This document shows, in pieces, positions 60,531 through 64,000 of a stretch of 64,000 nucleotides of DNA (its first letter is position 1; each line of letters opens with the position of its first letter). The position numbers and the translations under genes were made by a program. The notes beneath the pieces are model-generated. The model was not told the origin of the DNA. It ran no database searches and saw only the letters and a program-made list of their open reading frames with translations. Source of the DNA: Candidatus Krumholzibacteriia bacterium (lineage in GTDB: Bacteria; Krumholzibacteriota; Krumholzibacteriia; Krumholzibacteriales; Krumholzibacteriaceae); contig CAWIIQ010000001.1 of assembly GCA_963836185.1 (NCBI GenBank), positions 64,001 to 128,000 on the forward strand. The letters are read 5' to 3'.

Positions 60531-61625
60531 TCAGGCTATTCCGAGCAGAGTGTCCGCGACACGACGCGTGTCACTCAATTCCAGCCCCGGATAAAGCGGA
60601 AGCGAGATCACAGAATCGCAGGCGGCCTCTGTCACCGGCAGATCTCCCTTTCTGGCACCGAGAAACCGGTATGCTTCCATGAGATGGACCGGTTCGGGAT
60701 AGTGGATCCCGTACCCGATTCCGGCACGGTCCAGTGTATCTATTGTTCGCTGCCGGTCCGGTGTCTGTACAACAAAGAGGTGGTATGTGTGTGTTCCATC
60801 CGGGACTTCGGCGACAGGCCGGTAACTCGAATCGGTCAAAGCGTTCGTGTATGTACGAGCAATCTCGCGGCGGGCCTCTATCGCACCTGACAGGTGCCGC
60901 AGCTTCACGCGGAGAATCGCGGCCTGAAGCTCGTCAAGCCGGCTGTTGAATCCCTCACAATGCGCGTGCCGGTCGTTCCTGAATCCGTAAAACCTCAGCA
61001 CTCGCAGATGTTCCTCCAGGGAGGGATCGTTCGTCACGCAAAGCCCCCCGTCACCAAAGGCGCCGAGGTTCTTTGTCGGATAGAAGGAGAAACAGCCTAT
61101 GTCGCCAAAACTCCCCACATGCCTGCCTTTGTACAGACTTCCATGTGCCTGGGCACAGTCTTCGATGACCTTCAGCCTGTTTGCGGCGGCGAATTCGAGA
61201 ACAGGGTCCAGAGCAGCAGGCTGTCCGTAAAGGTGTACCGGGAGAATGCAGCGTGTGCGATCCGTCAGTGCCGTCTCCAGTTGAGCGCCGTCCATAAGCA
61301 GGGTCGCGGGATCAATATCGACGAACCGCGGTACTGCCCCGACAGCCCTGACCGCGGCGACTGGAGGCACTCCGCAGTTTGCCGTCGTGATCACCTCGTC
61401 GCCGGGGCCGATTCCAAGAGCCCGCAGGGCAAGTATCAACGCGTCGGTGCCTGAGCCCACGCCGACTGCTCCATTCACCCCCGCGTAGTCGGCGAACTCC
61501 CGCTCGAATGCAGATACCTCGGGACCGAGGATCAGCTGGCCCGAAGCAAGTACTCTTCGAATCGCTATCTCGATCTCATCCTTGATCTGAAGATATCCCG
61601 GAAGGTAGTCGAAGAAGTTTATCAT
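60531..61625 (-). CDS. DegT/DnrJ/EryC1/StrS PLP-dependent sugar aminotransferase
   Basis: SGTDAL, PVHLYGQ, IEDCAQAHG, FSFYPTKNLG, NSRLDELQAA. Confidence 0.93.
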   Translation of the reverse strand: MINFFDYLPGYLQIKDEIEIAIRRVLASGQLILGPEVSAFEREFADYAGVNGAVGVGSGTDALILALRALGIGPGDEVITTANCGVPPVAAVRAVGAVPRFVDIDPATLLMDGAQLETALTDRTRCILPVHLYGQPAALDPVLEFAAANRLKVIEDCAQAHGSLYKGRHVGSFGDIGCFSFYPTKNLGAFGDGGLCVTNDPSLEEHLRVLRFYGFRNDRHAHCEGFNSRLDELQAAILRVKLRHLSGAIEARREIARTYTNALTDSSYRPVAEVPDGTHTYHLFVVQTPDRQRTIDTLDRAGIGYGIHYPEPVHLMEAYRFLGARKGDLPVTEAACDSVISLPLYPGLELSDTRRVADTLLGIA

Positions 61626-61629
61626 GGGG

Positions 61630-62610
61630 CTATGCGGCGGGATAACCGATCTCCTGGTAATACTTTACGGTTTTCTCAAGTCCGGCGGCCAGGTCGATCC
61701 TGGGGTTCCAACCTGTCAATTCATGAAACTTATGGAAATCGCTGTAATAATCGCCGATGTCGATGATGCCGATCTCCGGCGGGAATGGTACCATCTCGTA
61801 AGTGAACTCGGTGAATTTCCGCAGTATCTCCACGAACTCGAGAAGACTCTTCGGCTCGGGGTGGCCGATATTCAACGCCTTGCCGGCGGTCTCCCTGGTG
61901 GAGCCGGCAAGGATGAGGGCATCTACCACATCGTCAACATAGTTGAAATCCCGAAGCTGATTGCCCGTCCCATAGATCTCGATGGTCTCACCCCTTAACG
62001 CCTTGCGGACAAAGATACCGACGAATCCCTTGGTATCGCTCTTCAGGTCCATACGGGGCCCATAGGTGTTGGTCAGGCGGAGACTGACGGTACTCATGCC
62101 GTAGACCTTGTGGTAGAGGGAGTAATACATCTCTGCTGCGAGGTTGTTGATTCCGTTGACGTCCACAGGGATAAGTGGATGTTCCTCACTTACCGGCAGG
62201 ACACGCGGCTGGCCATACACCTGGCGTGTGCTGGCAAAGACGATCGCCACCTCCGGGTTCTTGAGACGGCAGCATTCCAGCAGCGACAGCTGACTACGGC
62301 AATTGATCTCCATGTCGGTCAATGGATCGCACATGCTGTCGATATGGCTGATCTGGCCGGCAAGGCTGAAGATCACGTCCTGCCCCTGAACTATGTAACT
62401 CAAGCTGGCAGAGTCCCTGACGTCTGAGAAATTGACGTGCACCTTGTCCTTTATCGGCTCGATGTTAAGGAGCGTCGCGCCGTAAGCGGGCAGCATCGAG
62501 TCTACCAGCGTTACCTGCGCTCCAAGTTCAACGAGGCGCAGGGCGAGGTTGCTGCCGATGAAGCCAATGCCGCCGGTAATCAGTACGCGTTTATCTTTGT
62601 AGATTTCCAT
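61630..62610 (-). CDS. NAD-dependent nucleotide-sugar epimerase/dehydratase
   Basis: ITGGIGFIGS, ASTRQVYG, RLTNTYGP, RDFNYVDD. Confidence 0.9.
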   Translation of the reverse strand: MEIYKDKRVLITGGIGFIGSNLALRLVELGAQVTLVDSMLPAYGATLLNIEPIKDKVHVNFSDVRDSASLSYIVQGQDVIFSLAGQISHIDSMCDPLTDMEINCRSQLSLLECCRLKNPEVAIVFASTRQVYGQPRVLPVSEEHPLIPVDVNGINNLAAEMYYSLYHKVYGMSTVSLRLTNTYGPRMDLKSDTKGFVGIFVRKALRGETIEIYGTGNQLRDFNYVDDVVDALILAGSTRETAGKALNIGHPEPKSLLEFVEILRKFTEFTYEMVPFPPEIGIIDIGDYYSDFHKFHELTGWNPRIDLAAGLEKTVKYYQEIGYPAA

Positions 62611-63557
62611 TGTGACTGTTTTTTTCTCTTTCTTATGTAGCGTATTACATACTGGGGATTCTTTGAATTATCGAGACAGAGACGGCCCAGATATTCGCCG
62701 ATGACGCCCAGGAGCAGAAGCTGCAGCCCGGCGAAGAATACGATTGTAGTGAGGACAGTCGGTATTCCGAGTGTCACATCAGGCGTTATGTACAGCTTGT
62801 CGATAGCGATGGCGATGAACGCAAGAATACTCAAGCCCGAGGCCAGAAGGCCCATCAGAGTGGCAATGCGCAACGGCGCGATGGAAAAGCCAAGGAATGA
62901 GTTCAGCCACAGGAAGAACAGCTTCGATACCGTGTAACTGGATTGCGATGTTTCCCTCGGCCTGTGCTCGACATCTATCTGGCCCAGGTTTCGAGTCGAT
63001 CGCACTATCAATCCGTCAATATATGGAAACGGGCCGTGGTACCCCGTTATCTCGTCCACGACAAAGCGGTTCATGATCTTGAAACTCGACAAGTAGAGGT
63101 CGCGCGGTTTCTTGAGCAACAAGTTGGCAACGTGATGGTTGAGCTGACTCCCAAGGTTGCGCCACCTGCTGTGATGTTTTATCCGGTATCGCCCGAACAC
63201 GACATCGAAATCCTTCTCCCTGATCTCTTCGTACATTTTAAGCAGTTCTTCGGCGGGAGTCTGTCCGTCGTCGTCAAGTGTCGCGATGTAGGCGCCTGAA
63301 GCCTGGCCTAGACCAGCCATGACAGCGTTGTGCTCTCCGAAATTGCGCGACAGGTTGAGAAATGTGATCGTATCGGGGTGTGACTCGTAAAGGGCCTGGC
63401 AGTCTTCTTCGCTGTCGTCGACAGAGCCATCGTTTACGAGCACGATCTCGAAATCGATGCCCGCGAAGACCTCGTGGATGTGTTCGACGACCGTACGGAC
63501 CGCGCCGCAACTGTTGTAGACTGGTATGACAATAGAAAGTTCAGGTGTGGTTTCCAT
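62580..63557 (-). CDS. GT2 polyprenyl-phosphate glycosyltransferase (ArnC/GtrB-like)
   Basis: SIVIPVYN, VNDGS.D, SRNFGEH.A, DDDGQ, two C-terminal TMs, GEYLGR. Confidence 0.9.
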   Translation of the reverse strand: METTPELSIVIPVYNSCGAVRTVVEHIHEVFAGIDFEIVLVNDGSVDDSEEDCQALYESHPDTITFLNLSRNFGEHNAVMAGLGQASGAYIATLDDDGQTPAEELLKMYEEIREKDFDVVFGRYRIKHHSRWRNLGSQLNHHVANLLLKKPRDLYLSSFKIMNRFVVDEITGYHGPFPYIDGLIVRSTRNLGQIDVEHRPRETSQSSYTVSKLFFLWLNSFLGFSIAPLRIATLMGLLASGLSILAFIAIAIDKLYITPDVTLGIPTVLTTIVFFAGLQLLLLGVIGEYLGRLCLDNSKNPQYVIRYIRKRKKQSQWKSTKINAY

Positions 63558-64000
63558 GAATCGACCTCAATACAGTTCTAATTCCAGAGATCCCCTGCTG
63601 CGAGGTATATAACTGCCTGCGGGCGCCTATATACTTCGCGCACAACGAAATTAAACCCACCTAGCCTTCAGCGCTCTACGAGCCGAAACTCGAAAAGCAT
63701 GGCGGAGCTTGATGGGTTACATATTGATAGGTGATATCCCTGAAGTAGCCTGAACCTACTATCTACTAATGAATGTTATCATATGGTGAGCTGGATGTCA
63801 AGATGCCGGCTGGCGCCAGCGCATGCGCTATCCTGATAGTATTAATGTGGTAAAATTGTCAAAAGTGGCCGTCCAGGCAGACAGCCCCGGTTTAAGGTCT
63901 TTTGTCAAAGCTCCGATTCCGATAATATCGGTGTATGCCGGATACCAGCTCCCACTGATCGTGACCGCCGCCGAAGGAGTGATGGGAATCAAGAAGAAGA

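Noticed and set aside
63982-64000. Possible gene start (AAGGAG..ATG GGA ATC AAG) at the window edge
   Set aside because: Only six codons visible; cannot be supported

Overview
Bacterial chromosome segment, about 60% GC by eye. Bases 1-44.3 kb are mostly core genes: ddl, an M42 peptidase, cysS, a four-tRNA cluster, tuf-rpmG-secE-nusG-rplKAJL-rpoBC, the str, S10, spc and alpha clusters, an AEC transporter with GlcE/GlcF-like genes, and tRNA-Asn. A three-gene minus-strand locus at 3.4-5.9 kb encodes a Cys-rich surface protein with a 'VPVPLF'-TM-basic tail, an exosortase and a degenerate exosortase-like partner, behind a ~345-nt structured leader; this is the best candidate for an undescribed system. 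After tRNA-Asn lies an accessory region: a wHTH/TPR regulator-DUF1254/DUF1214-beta-barrel module, secreted proteins with two further C-terminal signals (FlgD-Ig/T9SS-like domain; 'TSWGRLKSLF'), Fluc, and an Arn-like aminosugar glycosylation locus. NusG and several ribosomal proteins carry long Ala/Glu/Lys-rich extensions. Fourteen single-base frameshifts, many in essential genes, are most likely long-read assembly errors. The C-terminal motifs suggest an FCB-related candidate phylum such as Krumholzibacteriota/Latescibacterota (inference). All calls come from motif recognition by eye; no searches were run.
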